Of a stretch of DNA of 64,000 nucleotides, positions 39,709 through 50,342 are shown piece after piece. Position 1 is the first letter of the stretch. Every line of letters begins with the position of its first letter. The DNA comes from an uncultured Candidatus Saccharibacteria bacterium. GTDB lineage: Bacteria; Patescibacteriota; Minisyncoccia; Phycocordibacterales; CAIZLB01. Made by a program: the position numbers and the translations under genes. A model generated the notes under the pieces. That model was not told the origin of the DNA. It searched no databases and saw only the letters and a list, made by a program, of their open reading frames with translations. The stretch is from the NCBI GenBank assembly GCA_964450605.1, contig CAYVEK010000001.1, forward strand, positions 143,933 to 207,932, written 5' to 3'.

Positions 39709-42700
39709 TACGCTGTACATGCTGTACGATGTCATTAAGCACATCCTGTTTGTGCATATACCAATGCTGTGACCATATTCGATAGATCTTCCAACCTCGT
39801 GTTTCTAAGATATCCTGCCTCATTCTATCTCTAATTCTGGCTGACTTTGAAGAGTGGTATACCGCTCCATCACATTCTATTCCCAAAACATAGTCAGTAT
39901 TATTTTTAGGATTTACAATTGCAAGATCAATTTTGAAGCCTGAAACCCCAACCTGTCTTTTCACGACATAACCAATATCGGTAAGAGCTTTCTCTACACA
40001 CGCTTCAAAATCACTGTCATGTTCAGCATTTGAAGTATCACCTGCAATTAGATTACCCTCCAATACTTGCGAACCTTTTTCTGCATATTCAAGATATTTT
40101 TGGAGCAGTACAGCTCCTCTGGTACTAGTAGACGGACTCATATCACTAAACCTCATTGAAGTTACGCAAATCAACTTATCTTTTGCACGAGTGACTGCTA
40201 CATTCAAACGCCTATAACCAGCGGCTGAGGTGAGCGGTCCAAATCTATTGAAAACCTTTCCAGTCTTATCTGGTCCATAACAAACAGATAAAATAATTAC
40301 ATCTCTTTCGTCTCCTTGAACAGATTCTAGGTTTTTAATAAAAAAACTGTCTTTCTTTTCACTTGTCTCATCAAGATACTCAGTTAAATGAGGATACTCT
40401 TTTGAAAGTTTTTCTTCGAGAGCTGTACGTATCGCTTCTTCCTGGGATTTACTGAATGCAATAACACCCATGGTCTTATTAGGATTATTTTGCACATGTT
40501 CAATACATAATTTCGCTACTTCTTCAGCTTCTATTATGTTTGTCCTTGTTCCTGCGTGACGCTCTTTCTCACCATTTTCTTTATGAGTTATGATGCTTCC
40601 ATCGTAAACACCATTAACAAACTTAAATTCCACCCCTCTACTATTTTGCGGATTTGGAAATGTAATAAGACGATTCTGATAAATGTGGTAGTTAGAAAAA
40701 GCGATAAGATCTTCAGATGAGCTACGATAGTGGTATTTAAGATAAGCTTCAGATCCATTAAGTAAGCTAATAGATTTTTGAAGGATACTCTCAAATCCCG
40801 TCTCTTCGTTTACATCCTCATCTTCATCTTCGTCTCCATCGAGTGATACACCGAAAAATGACGTGGGTGGTAGCTGATGTTCATCACCAATCACCACAGC
40901 CTGTTTTGCTCTGGCTATGGCACCTAGTGCATTTTCAATTTTCATCTGTGAAGCTTCATCGAAAATTACCACATCGAAATTAACCGCTCCGTATTCTAGA
41001 TATGAGCTTAAAGCAAGAGGACTTACCATCCAGCATGGCTTCATAAGTTGAATATGTGAAGCGTACCGCTGAACCAGTGTTCTAATCGGTAAGTGCCTCA
41101 TTTTCTTATTAGCCTCATGTCTAAGCTTCTTGTCTGCCTCACAAGGTATCTGAGACATTTGCAGGAAAGGTAATTGCTGATGGAGAACTCTTAATCGATT
41201 TATCTCCATTGAATCTTTTTCTAGCTCTTTGAATTCCTTAATTATTTTCTCGTATTTGTCCTTCGTAAAATCTCTTAATTCATGATTTGATTCAGAATAA
41301 TTTTCTATCCATTTATTGAAAAACGCCCAAGAATATACGCACGCGAGATCCACACCCTTCGGTATAGAGAGCTTCGCAATTTCTGACATGAACCATTCCA
41401 TACCTATTTCTTCAAGAGCATGCTTCTTCTTTTTATATTCAACCCACCGCTCAAGTCCTGAAGAATCTCCAATCATCTGGTTTATCTCGGTCAACATAAT
41501 CTTATATGATTCCGAAAGTATATTTTCTCTAGTAGCCTCATTCTCAAAAAGACCAGTGAGCTTTTCTACCACAATACTCAAAGCTAGGTATGCCTCGTTG
41601 GAATCATTTATATTCTTTTGAAAGTCGAGTAGTAACGAAGTCAGCTTTGCAGATGATTTGTCAGAAAATTCTGGCACAAGATACGCCAAAAACTCATTAA
41701 CAGATTCTATATAAGAAATAAACGAATTTAATGTTTCGTCTTCCATTAATAAGTCAAAAGCAGACGATTCAACATAGTCATTTATCTTAGATTTCTTTAC
41801 AGCATTAATTATTTGATTTAAGCGATTAAGTACCTCAACTTCATCATTGAGAGAAGCTACATCTTTTGGCGAATACTCTTGAGATGAAATAAATGGCGTA
41901 ACTGCTGTAAAAGATTTTTTTATTTCAGAAACTTCTTCTTCGGTCTGATCAATCAAATTAATCAACTTAGCGAGTGGATACTCCAAAATATTGCATGAGG
42001 TAATATCTCCTAGCAGATCCCAGTTAGAGGTTATTTGTTCTATTTTTTGAGTCTTTTGGATAAGAATTGAATGTATCTTACTGTCAGAGATATATTTCTG
42101 TAGTACAGGTTCAATATACTCGATGTTATTTTTCTCAAAATATTCAATTAGACTCTCCAATCCTTTGTTTATTTTTTCATACGATAAGTGCCTTACGCTC
42201 TGATCTAGAGAGAATGTATCAATTATCTTTTTCCATTCCTCATCATATTTCGTTTGGGTCTTGGATCTAAAAGCAAGGCTAAAGATAATATCCTTTATTT
42301 CTGAATATTTCTCTGGTTTTCTTAAGATACACCATGATCCGACTTCTTTTCGGTCTGCCTTATAGGCACTTGAGAAGTATCTAAAAATATTTTTGTACTT
42401 TTCAAGAAAAATTCCTTCCAGAGCAATGATTTTTGCTGATTCAATTTCACTAAAATTAATACCGTATTTTTCTATAATATCTTGTGACTTTTGTATCTGG
42501 GAATAAAGAACTTCTAAATTCTTAACCGTGTTTCGAAGCTCGTAAATTTGAGATCGAGGTGCTTTTATTATAGGAGAGAGATAGGAATCAATCTGAAAGA
42601 GCAATTGTTTTGATTGAAAATCTTTAACAGAAAAATCCAGTACCTCTGCGGGTATCGTTTTGTCTATCTCCAGTTTAAGAGCAGACAGTGTACTTATGAT

Positions 42701-44662
42701 CGAAGCGCTTCTAGTTGAAAGAATTTCACTAATCTCAGCATCTTGCTTAATGATGTTAATATCTAGTTCCTTTAATTTCTTCCAGTCCTCTGGAAATACA
42801 TATTTGTCACCCTGAGCTAGTTCAGCTTTGTAGGATGACTTCATTTCGACGATCTCTTTGATTGAAGCTTTAACGAAGTTTAAATAATCAGAATCAAGTG
42901 ATTTTACCTTAGGGTAAGAATTATTAATTATATAATGACCATTTCCTCTTGAAAGTGATTCGATGGCTTCCTTTATTGCCTTTAGATTTTTAAAACTCGA
43001 TACATCAACTATTTTATCTAGTGCTAATAAACATTCTTTAGTTTCTTTCAAGGCTTCAATAACTCTTTGAGAAAAATCAACACTATAGTGTTTTCTGGCA
43101 ACACTCCTCCATATACTTTCTTCGGAAAATAGTCCGATCAAGTCATTTGTTTCTCTGATCAAAAACTCAGCTTGTTGATAATCTTCCAGTGTAAACTCTA
43201 GAGGACTTTTACCTTTCCAAGGCAACACAACTTCTTTTGATTTATCATTAACTTTTGCTAGTTCACCAAAAATCCAATAGATATTTTTATTTAATGGAGC
43301 GACTGATGTTGTAATCAAGGTACCATAAGATTTCAAAGAATCAATTTTCTTTTGTCTTAACTTTAATTTAGTTTCCAAATCAGCATCCTTATTCTTCTTC
43401 AACACAGAAACAACACTATCTCTTGAATCTAGGATATCTGAAGAAAAACTTTTCTTGTCATTCGTATAGTTAAAGAGTGGTAGACATAAATCTCCGACAC
43501 TTGCCCCCAAGCGTTTTCCGTCAATATCATAAGACAGTCTCTTGTAGACGACATCGAGTGCAACCTGTTTTTCACAAACAAATAACACCTTCTTCTTTCG
43601 AGCGAGCAGGTTTGATATAACATTCGCAATAGTCTGACTTTTTCCTGTTCCTGGCGGACCATGAATGACCATATGATCACCCGATACAATCTTCCTTATA
43701 GCTTGAATCTGACTTCCGTCAGCGTCTAAAATGGTGAAGTCTTCTTCCTTATTTAAAAAATCATCTGGGTTGAATTCTCCCTCATCAATTGTTACAAGAT
43801 CTGAATTATCTTGATGAAAAGAATCTCCACCACAAACACTATTGATAAAATCATGCTTTAGTATCTCATCTTGGTTCTTGTTGAGATCTTCATAGATTTG
43901 CTGTCCATGAAATGAAAACTGTCCGAGATAAATCTTTTCCGTAAAATCTACAGCGATTCCTTTTTCTTTAAAAATTTCTTTGATTTCTGAGAGAATTTTC
44001 CGCACTTCCGTGAAGGGCATTGCTAGAATTTCTTCTGCTGTTTCAGGTATATTTGGTAGGCGTAACTCAAAATTTTCTTTTATAAAGAGCAGAAGTACAG
44101 GATTTATTTGAGCCGGGTGCTGATTTGTGTCGATAGATAAAATTGTTGCCTTGTAGGGATCTTTCTCATTCTCCAAGGAAACAGGAACAAGCAATAGTGG
44201 AGCAATGTAATCTTGTTGTTTTACAGCATCTGTAGATCCACGCCCTACAGTTTTCTCCTTCCAGCAAACTTCTCCAAAAGCCATAAAAAGTGTGTGCAAT
44301 CCATGTTCGTCAAAGCTTTTCTTAGATTGTAATCTCATTCTCTCAAGAATAGAGATAAGTTTCTTGCCTTGAGGAGATGTTTTTGTGTCATATTCAGGAT
44401 CTCTGGCTTTCTTATCAGATTCTTCCGTTTCTGAAAAAAGATCATCTTGCTCTTCCTCTTTCAAAATTTTCTTGTGGTCAAAAATCGCATTCAACTCATC
44501 AAGACTTCCAAAATATGATGAACATTCTTCTAGGGAAATATTGAACTCAATCTTTGAAGCTTTCAGAGGATATTTCAAAAGACGATTTCTACGAGAAAAA
44601 TCAATAGCGGCTTGTTTATACCGCTTAAAGACTTCTAGAGTTTTTGCAGTTATTTTTGGCAT
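39698..44662 (-). CDS. Giant DUF4011 / SF1 (Upf1-like) helicase / C-terminal DUF559 (Vsr-like PD-(D/E)XK) nuclease protein; candidate defence helicase-nuclease
   Basis: N-terminal IDFSRRNRLLKYP (DUF4011 hallmark); Walker A IHGPPGTGKSQT; DEAS-like VIFDEASQM; SF1 motifs GDEHQLPPT, GDERDVIILS, VAVTRAK; C-terminal GIECDGAVYH...RDRMRQDILETRGWKIYRIW resembling the DUF559/Vsr endonuclease fold. Confidence 0.7.
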   Translation of the reverse strand: MPKITAKTLEVFKRYKQAAIDFSRRNRLLKYPLKASKIEFNISLEECSSYFGSLDELNAIFDHKKILKEEEQDDLFSETEESDKKARDPEYDTKTSPQGKKLISILERMRLQSKKSFDEHGLHTLFMAFGEVCWKEKTVGRGSTDAVKQQDYIAPLLLVPVSLENEKDPYKATILSIDTNQHPAQINPVLLLFIKENFELRLPNIPETAEEILAMPFTEVRKILSEIKEIFKEKGIAVDFTEKIYLGQFSFHGQQIYEDLNKNQDEILKHDFINSVCGGDSFHQDNSDLVTIDEGEFNPDDFLNKEEDFTILDADGSQIQAIRKIVSGDHMVIHGPPGTGKSQTIANVISNLLARKKKVLFVCEKQVALDVVYKRLSYDIDGKRLGASVGDLCLPLFNYTNDKKSFSSDILDSRDSVVSVLKKNKDADLETKLKLRQKKIDSLKSYGTLITTSVAPLNKNIYWIFGELAKVNDKSKEVVLPWKGKSPLEFTLEDYQQAEFLIRETNDLIGLFSEESIWRSVARKHYSVDFSQRVIEALKETKECLLALDKIVDVSSFKNLKAIKEAIESLSRGNGHYIINNSYPKVKSLDSDYLNFVKASIKEIVEMKSSYKAELAQGDKYVFPEDWKKLKELDINIIKQDAEISEILSTRSASIISTLSALKLEIDKTIPAEVLDFSVKDFQSKQLLFQIDSYLSPIIKAPRSQIYELRNTVKNLEVLYSQIQKSQDIIEKYGINFSEIESAKIIALEGIFLEKYKNIFRYFSSAYKADRKEVGSWCILRKPEKYSEIKDIIFSLAFRSKTQTKYDEEWKKIIDTFSLDQSVRHLSYEKINKGLESLIEYFEKNNIEYIEPVLQKYISDSKIHSILIQKTQKIEQITSNWDLLGDITSCNILEYPLAKLINLIDQTEEEVSEIKKSFTAVTPFISSQEYSPKDVASLNDEVEVLNRLNQIINAVKKSKINDYVESSAFDLLMEDETLNSFISYIESVNEFLAYLVPEFSDKSSAKLTSLLLDFQKNINDSNEAYLALSIVVEKLTGLFENEATRENILSESYKIMLTEINQMIGDSSGLERWVEYKKKKHALEEIGMEWFMSEIAKLSIPKGVDLACVYSWAFFNKWIENYSESNHELRDFTKDKYEKIIKEFKELEKDSMEINRLRVLHQQLPFLQMSQIPCEADKKLRHEANKKMRHLPIRTLVQRYASHIQLMKPCWMVSPLALSSYLEYGAVNFDVVIFDEASQMKIENALGAIARAKQAVVIGDEHQLPPTSFFGVSLDGDEDEDEDVNEETGFESILQKSISLLNGSEAYLKYHYRSSSEDLIAFSNYHIYQNRLITFPNPQNSRGVEFKFVNGVYDGSIITHKENGEKERHAGTRTNIIEAEEVAKLCIEHVQNNPNKTMGVIAFSKSQEEAIRTALEEKLSKEYPHLTEYLDETSEKKDSFFIKNLESVQGDERDVIILSVCYGPDKTGKVFNRFGPLTSAAGYRRLNVAVTRAKDKLICVTSMRFSDMSPSTSTRGAVLLQKYLEYAEKGSQVLEGNLIAGDTSNAEHDSDFEACVEKALTDIGYVVKRQVGVSGFKIDLAIVNPKNNTDYVLGIECDGAVYHSSKSARIRDRMRQDILETRGWKIYRIWSQHWYMHKQDVLNDIVQHVQRITG

Positions 44663-44730
44663 GAATTTACTTTACTTTATCAAATTTTGCCAATAAATAG
44701 TAGTTTAGTGTGTATTAGCGTCAATTTAGA

Positions 44731-46047
44731 TTAGATATAGATCTTCTTGTTTTTCAATCGTATGTTTGTATTCAAGCACCTCATAAATTCTCGCTTCTCA
44801 TCCATTGTCCCTTCGATTAGGATGAACTTGGCATAGTTCCGAATATCAATATCTTTCACCACCACAGTTGTCTTGGCACCAAGTAACATCTGCTCAAACT
44901 TCTTGAATCTTTGCACTTCAGCCGTGATCTTTTCTCTCATAGGCACTGTCTGTATCTCTAAATCGTCCATGAGGTCTTGTAGTTGGACAACAAGGTCTTC
45001 TTCATTGATGAATCCACATGGACAGTCTTGATCTCTCGTTCTTGTACATTTGTAGTATACATATCGGTTCATGTTACCGTTCTTCTGGTGCTTGAACTTT
45101 TCATCTGCCGTAATACCTGATCCACATAGTCCGCAAGTCATAATCTTGGTGAAGGCAAACTCCTTTTGTTGTGATCTTGGCTCGAGTATCTGACTTTTAA
45201 TCTTCTCCTGAACAAGATCAAACAATTCTTTCGTAATTATTGCTTTATGTGATCCGTTATACCAATTACCTGATTCTTTTGGAAACTCAAACCTGCCGTA
45301 GTAAAAGTGATTTTGGAATATTCTATAGAGATTTCCTAGACTTAGGTGGATATTATTCTCAGTCTTAAAGTTTATATCGTGCTTGAGCCATTGATATACC
45401 TTTCGTCCACTCCAACCATCGTAACCAATTTTCTCGAACATCTGCTTGATAATCGGTGCTCGTTCAGGATCTATGATGGATTCGCATTTTTGATCTATTC
45501 TTTTGTACTTTGTGTATCCAGTTGGTGGTTTACATGGCCACAAACCCATTTCAACTCTTGCCCGTAACCCTCGCTTCACGTTAATACTCTTATTGTCGTT
45601 CTCAAGTTTTGCTTGAGAACACAAGATCATCAGTAAGAATTTCTCATTAGGCGAATTAGAAAAAGTTTGTCCGTAGGTTTGTATATGAATTAACTTTCTT
45701 TGATCCATAAGATCAACAACGGCTCCGAGGTCTCCAGCGTTTCTTGAAAGTCTATCGGGTGCCCATGTGAGTATTCCGTTATATACACCTTTCGAAACCT
45801 CATTAAGTAGTTCTTTGAACACTGGTCGTTGTCCAGATTCTTTTGCAGAGTGAGATTCTCGTTTTATATCCACCACATTCAGTTTCAACCTTTCCGCAAT
45901 CGCTGTCATTTCTTTGATCTGAGAATCGATGGACAGGGCTTGCTGTTCATCTGATTCGGTTGATTTTCGGGCATATAGGCAATACTTAATCCTAGTTTCT
46001 GTTATTGATATATTGCTATGAATTTTGCCGATTACATTCGATTCCAT
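44731..46047 (-). CDS. Large serine recombinase (integrase)
   Basis: Catalytic YARKSTESDEQ...SIDSQ and DRLSRN motifs; recombinase domain; Zn-ribbon CGLCGS...C; 438 aa. Confidence 0.8.
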   Translation of the reverse strand: MESNVIGKIHSNISITETRIKYCLYARKSTESDEQQALSIDSQIKEMTAIAERLKLNVVDIKRESHSAKESGQRPVFKELLNEVSKGVYNGILTWAPDRLSRNAGDLGAVVDLMDQRKLIHIQTYGQTFSNSPNEKFLLMILCSQAKLENDNKSINVKRGLRARVEMGLWPCKPPTGYTKYKRIDQKCESIIDPERAPIIKQMFEKIGYDGWSGRKVYQWLKHDINFKTENNIHLSLGNLYRIFQNHFYYGRFEFPKESGNWYNGSHKAIITKELFDLVQEKIKSQILEPRSQQKEFAFTKIMTCGLCGSGITADEKFKHQKNGNMNRYVYYKCTRTRDQDCPCGFINEEDLVVQLQDLMDDLEIQTVPMREKITAEVQRFKKFEQMLLGAKTTVVVKDIDIRNYAKFILIEGTMDEKREFMRCLNTNIRLKNKKIYI

Positions 46048-46405
46048 ATATTAATTAATGACAGACCAGTCAGGGGTGCATAGCTATGCAAAATAGCCGA
46101 AACGTAGCATGGTCGTTTTGGCTATTAGCAAGGCTATATTTTGGCGTTATTATTAATCTAGAATAATAGATATGAAAATGCTATTATTCATTTACAACTA
46201 AATAAGGCGACCTAACCCTATGGAATAAACCCTATAGGTATGGTCATAAAGTCGATCAAGTGTAAAGAACCCGTCATGGGGTTTTGCTTGATCGCCGTAC
46301 TGGGAAACTGGTACGAAGGACTTCGGTCCTTACCCGTGGCGGGCTTTTTGTATACAACAAAATTCTCGCTAGGTTACAAATAATTTAAGCCGATCAAGCA
46401 AAATT

Positions 46406-47194
46406 ATGGCACTACTATCATTTATACAAAACATACTCACAAAACGTGAGGGTATTAAGCAATATCAGACTAATATCGTTGAATACCTTAAAGACGGAAA
46501 ACTGAGTCAGACAGAGAAAGATGATCTGAATAAAATAAAGCTCGAGTACGGTATCACAGATAAGGATCTACAAAATATTCATAAAATTCAGGCATCGGCA
46601 GTTTTTAATAATATTTCTTCAGATCAGCGCATAACAGAGGATGAAAAAGAATCTTTAAGTTTAATTCTGGATCACTTTGGTTTGTCTGTGAAAGACTTTG
46701 ATTTCAATCAAAAGAATTTTAATAAGTATTATGCGATGGCACTTATTGATAAAGGAATGCTTCCGACCGTTGATCCAGAGAACTTCAAAGTACCTGTCAT
46801 AATGAAAAGTGGAGAAATAATTCACTTTGGCAGTGAGGCGAACTTAGTTAAGGTAAAGAAAGTAATGGAAAAGATGTTCTATGGAGGTCTTTCTGGATCG
46901 ATAAAGATTATGAAAGGTATGCGGTATAGATGGGGTACTATAAAACCGACAATTGCACACAAAGAAGTTTCAGCTATTGAGGATTCAGGCGTACTTTACA
47001 TTACCAATCAAAGAATTGGTTTTATTGGGTCGCGTAAGCAATTTTCGGTTCTGTATAATAAGATATCAGGCTTTGAATTACGGGCTGATGGATTGTATAT
47101 ATTCAAAGATGGGAAAGAATTACCATATATTGTGACGCTTCAAGATTACGAGGTTCCGCTCTCAATAATTTCGTCGTTATTAAACGATAATTGA
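46406..47194 (+). CDS. Hypothetical protein (TerB-like N-terminus plus bacterial PH-like C-terminus)
   Basis: DGKLSQTEKDDLNKI (TerB-like); C-terminal YITNQRIGFIGSRKQFSVLYNKISGFEL resembling bPH_2; weak. Confidence 0.3.
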   Translation: MALLSFIQNILTKREGIKQYQTNIVEYLKDGKLSQTEKDDLNKIKLEYGITDKDLQNIHKIQASAVFNNISSDQRITEDEKESLSLILDHFGLSVKDFDFNQKNFNKYYAMALIDKGMLPTVDPENFKVPVIMKSGEIIHFGSEANLVKVKKVMEKMFYGGLSGSIKIMKGMRYRWGTIKPTIAHKEVSAIEDSGVLYITNQRIGFIGSRKQFSVLYNKISGFELRADGLYIFKDGKELPYIVTLQDYEVPLSIISSLLNDN

Positions 47195-47196
47195 CT

Positions 47197-48705
47197 TTAG
47201 AATATTTTATCTCTCAAACCGTAAGTGATAGGTCTGCATTCTTCATTTTGACTCAGCTCATTTCTAGGAAAAGGACTAGGTCTATCGTGGTTTAGTTTGG
47301 AGATGTAATTTATGGCAAGACTAAGTGCGTCTACGAGGTCATCATGAGACTCTGTTCCAAAACCAATGAGTTGAGTGATTAATTCTTCGTTGCCGTATTC
47401 AGAGAATAGTACTTTCCCAGACTGAATATATTGCGAAGCGAGCATGAGTCTTGTGGACTTGTCTAAACCACCTAAAGATACGCTTTCTGCAATAACACCT
47501 TCTGATTGCAACATCTGTGTCAGCCCTGATTGTGTACCTACACCCTCAACCAAAACCGTACATTTGGGATACTTGATCATGTTGATGTAAGTAGTTTTTA
47601 TCTTTTTGACTGTGTCGGGGAATATGAGTTTTTGATTTATTGGATTCGGCATGATACATATTTTTAAATCACTACCAAAACCAAATACCTGTGTCACTAC
47701 AATGCTTGTATAGTCTGATCTCGCATTTTGTGATACCGCCAAATCAACACTGATATATGTGGACTTATATGGATATTTCCTTTTTATATCTTCTAAGTTT
47801 TTATATCTTTTAATCCACTCGGGTTTTATGATCTGATCATCAGGGGGTAAGATGCGTAGTAGGTATTCCCGTTGCCAAGCAATCTCGTCTCCTACATGTT
47901 TTTTGTATACTTCTACATCATCTTTAGTCTTAAATTTCCCAGGCCAAAGGCATACACCGTCTTTTGTAATTAGCGGATATTCCTTAAATACACCCTCCAT
48001 TTCACCATTAGATATTTTTCTTTTTACTCGCATGAGTAGTGAATCGTCATGCAGGAGGTTTCCTAAGCATACGAATCTAGTATTTTCGTCACCAAGAGGT
48101 CTAATCTCACTCATAAACCATTGGTATGTTTTATCTCTACTTTCCTTGGTTTTACATGATTGGATATCTTCGATGTCATCACAAATAATCAGACTCGGTC
48201 GATGTTCAAGGTGTCTTGACCCTCTAATGCTTTGTTCAGAAGATATAGCAGTAATTCGTGCATTAAGCTTTGTAAACGTAAGCGAAAGAGCACCCCACTC
48301 ATCACTTTCTTCCTTAAATGGACCGAGATCGTTTTTTAATAAGCTATTTGTTTCTAGCTCGATTTTAATGTTTGCTAGGTGTTGTCGGGCCTGTATGCGT
48401 GTTTGTGAGACTATGAGAATATACTTTTCTTTTCTATATCCAAGAATTGACCATATTGGATAGGATGTAGTTAGAATTGTAGATTTAGCTGATCCTCTAA
48501 ATGCTATGAGATACATATTCTCAATACTGTCATTCTGTGTTAGTTCGAATATCTCTTTTTGGAAGTCTGCAGTTTCACTTTTGATGTAATGAGGAAAATA
48601 GAAATGGAAAAAAAGAATGTGACTTCGAGATGTAATTCCTATACGCACCTTAGGGTCTTTTGCCATAAGGGCGAAATCGTCATTATTAATCATTGCTTTC
48701 TTCAA
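47197..48705 (-). CDS. Phage terminase large subunit-like protein
   Basis: N-terminal ATPase with FRGSAKST Walker-A-like motif; C-terminal RNaseH-like nuclease with SHDDLVDALS; ~500 aa. Confidence 0.6.
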   Translation of the reverse strand: MKKAMINNDDFALMAKDPKVRIGITSRSHILFFHFYFPHYIKSETADFQKEIFELTQNDSIENMYLIAFRGSAKSTILTTSYPIWSILGYRKEKYILIVSQTRIQARQHLANIKIELETNSLLKNDLGPFKEESDEWGALSLTFTKLNARITAISSEQSIRGSRHLEHRPSLIICDDIEDIQSCKTKESRDKTYQWFMSEIRPLGDENTRFVCLGNLLHDDSLLMRVKRKISNGEMEGVFKEYPLITKDGVCLWPGKFKTKDDVEVYKKHVGDEIAWQREYLLRILPPDDQIIKPEWIKRYKNLEDIKRKYPYKSTYISVDLAVSQNARSDYTSIVVTQVFGFGSDLKICIMPNPINQKLIFPDTVKKIKTTYINMIKYPKCTVLVEGVGTQSGLTQMLQSEGVIAESVSLGGLDKSTRLMLASQYIQSGKVLFSEYGNEELITQLIGFGTESHDDLVDALSLAINYISKLNHDRPSPFPRNELSQNEECRPITYGLRDKIF

Positions 48706-49084
48706 TTTTATCTGTGAATAATTTTGATGAGTTTAAAACTCTTTCGATTGCTTCTGCTTGTTCAGGGGTAAGTTCCTGACCCTGATGTTTGGTAGTCAGC
48801 TCAATCCTGTTTCTATACTTTGGACTTCTGCTAGAAAGCCAAAACCTAAGTGCAGGGAAGCTTTTTTCTTTTATGAGATTTAATAGTTGTGTTTCACTCA
48901 TGTCACTTATGAATTCCTCTCCCTCAATCATTGCCGAATGCATTTGAGCCTCAAATTCTTTATCCTCGTGTTTCCAGCGATAGATTGTGTTTCGAGATAA
49001 ATTTGATTGCTCACAAGCTACTTGAACTATTGGCACTTTCTTGAGACTTTCAAGAAATTTAGTTTTGTTTCTATTTTTCTTCAT
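48686..49084 (-). CDS. Small HTH protein, terminase small subunit-like
   Basis: HTH VACEQSNLSRNTIYRWK; overlaps the terminase large subunit start (operon). Confidence 0.4.
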   Translation of the reverse strand: MKKNRNKTKFLESLKKVPIVQVACEQSNLSRNTIYRWKHEDKEFEAQMHSAMIEGEEFISDMSETQLLNLIKEKSFPALRFWLSSRSPKYRNRIELTTKHQGQELTPEQAEAIERVLNSSKLFTDKIEESND

Positions 49085-50342
49085 GGTGAATAACTTGAGG
49101 ATTAATTCCGGTTAGTCTGATAAAACGTTTGATAATAAGGTCACAAAATACAGGCTCTTTTTCACAACCAAAGACTTTTCGACCTAACTGTTCACCTGCC
49201 AAGAGAGTACTACCAGATCCTAAGAAACTATCTAAAATAATGTCATTAGGCTTAGTACAGCGTTTGATAGCTTTTTCATGTAAACTTACAGGTTTGCTTG
49301 TTGCATGTTCCATGTCCTTGCCACTCAGTCTCTTTGTGAGCCATAGATCTATTTGATCATGTAGGTTGTTTCCTGTGGTCATGTCTCTGTTTACAACCTC
49401 GTTATTGGTATTTATGTTGTGAGTTAAATATGGTTTATTTCTCACTCCGTAGACGCAAGGTTCATAACATTTGTTGAATGCAACTCCTGGGGTAGGGTTC
49501 TGGGAGTTCTTTATCCATAGGCAAACACGCTTGTTCTCTATACCGAGTTTTCTATAGAGTTCCTGAATAACTCCTATATATACTTGATCACACCAGTAAA
49601 ATACATGAATATCTTCATGAGAGACTGCAAGTGCGGCTTCCATACTCTTACACAGAAAATCTTTATACTCATCAAATCCTCGACTATCACACACAGCGCC
49701 TCCATAAGATCTTTTACCTCCAATACCTCCATTGTAATCGATGTTGATGTTGTAGACTGGGTCAGAATAGATCATTGATACTCTTTCATTACCGCAGAGT
49801 TTCTGGACAACCTTAGGGTCAGTTGAATCTCCACAGATAATCCTGTGCTTTCCTAAAATTATAATATCTCCAGTTTTTGTTTTAGGTTCTTTGATTTTTT
49901 CTAGCTCTTTAGTAACATCAAATTCATCGTCTTTAGCCTCTAATTCTTTATCCCAAAATTCTGATAGCTCTATTGATTCAAAACCTGATTCCAGAAGCAT
50001 TCCGACATCAAAGGATTTGAGTTTGTCGGTGTCCCAAGTTCCACCCAATTTATTGCTTGATATTAGGTATTGTTCATATTCTTGATCAGTTAGTCTTCTG
50101 TTCGGTACTCGTACATCTATCATTTCTTCGCCTCGGTTTAATGCGAGCAACACCTTTAGTCTCTGATGTCCTGCAACAATTTTCCCGTCTGTGTCTACAA
50201 CAGGTATTTCAACGAGATTAAACTTTTTAAAACTCTTCGTTAGGTCAGCGAGTTGTTTCTGGTTGATTTTTCTTGGATTTTTGTCGTACGGTAAAAGTTC
50301 TGATACTTTTCTTTTTTCATTGTGCCATTCTAATTTTTCCAT
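49071..50342 (-). CDS. ParB-like nuclease domain fused to DNA methyltransferase (N6-adenine/N4-cytosine, beta-class)
   Basis: ParB N-domain PYDKNPRKI...AGHQRLKVL; catalytic SDPVYN (DPPY); AdoMet motif I ILDSFLGSGST. The ORF could extend to 50426 (alternative start). Confidence 0.7.
   Translation of the reverse strand: MEKLEWHNEKRKVSELLPYDKNPRKINQKQLADLTKSFKKFNLVEIPVVDTDGKIVAGHQRLKVLLALNRGEEMIDVRVPNRRLTDQEYEQYLISSNKLGGTWDTDKLKSFDVGMLLESGFESIELSEFWDKELEAKDDEFDVTKELEKIKEPKTKTGDIIILGKHRIICGDSTDPKVVQKLCGNERVSMIYSDPVYNINIDYNGGIGGKRSYGGAVCDSRGFDEYKDFLCKSMEAALAVSHEDIHVFYWCDQVYIGVIQELYRKLGIENKRVCLWIKNSQNPTPGVAFNKCYEPCVYGVRNKPYLTHNINTNNEVVNRDMTTGNNLHDQIDLWLTKRLSGKDMEHATSKPVSLHEKAIKRCTKPNDIILDSFLGSGSTLLAGEQLGRKVFGCEKEPVFCDLIIKRFIRLTGINPQVIHHEEK

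Noticed and set aside
39698-44662. Small ORFs nested within or antisense to the 1654-aa helicase gene (40588-40794, 41316-41621, 42067-42270, 43429-43689), and similar ones inside gyrA, dnaK, topA and asnB
   Set aside because: They are embedded in long, motif-supported genes, carry low-complexity sequence, and lack start context. Standard six-frame noise.
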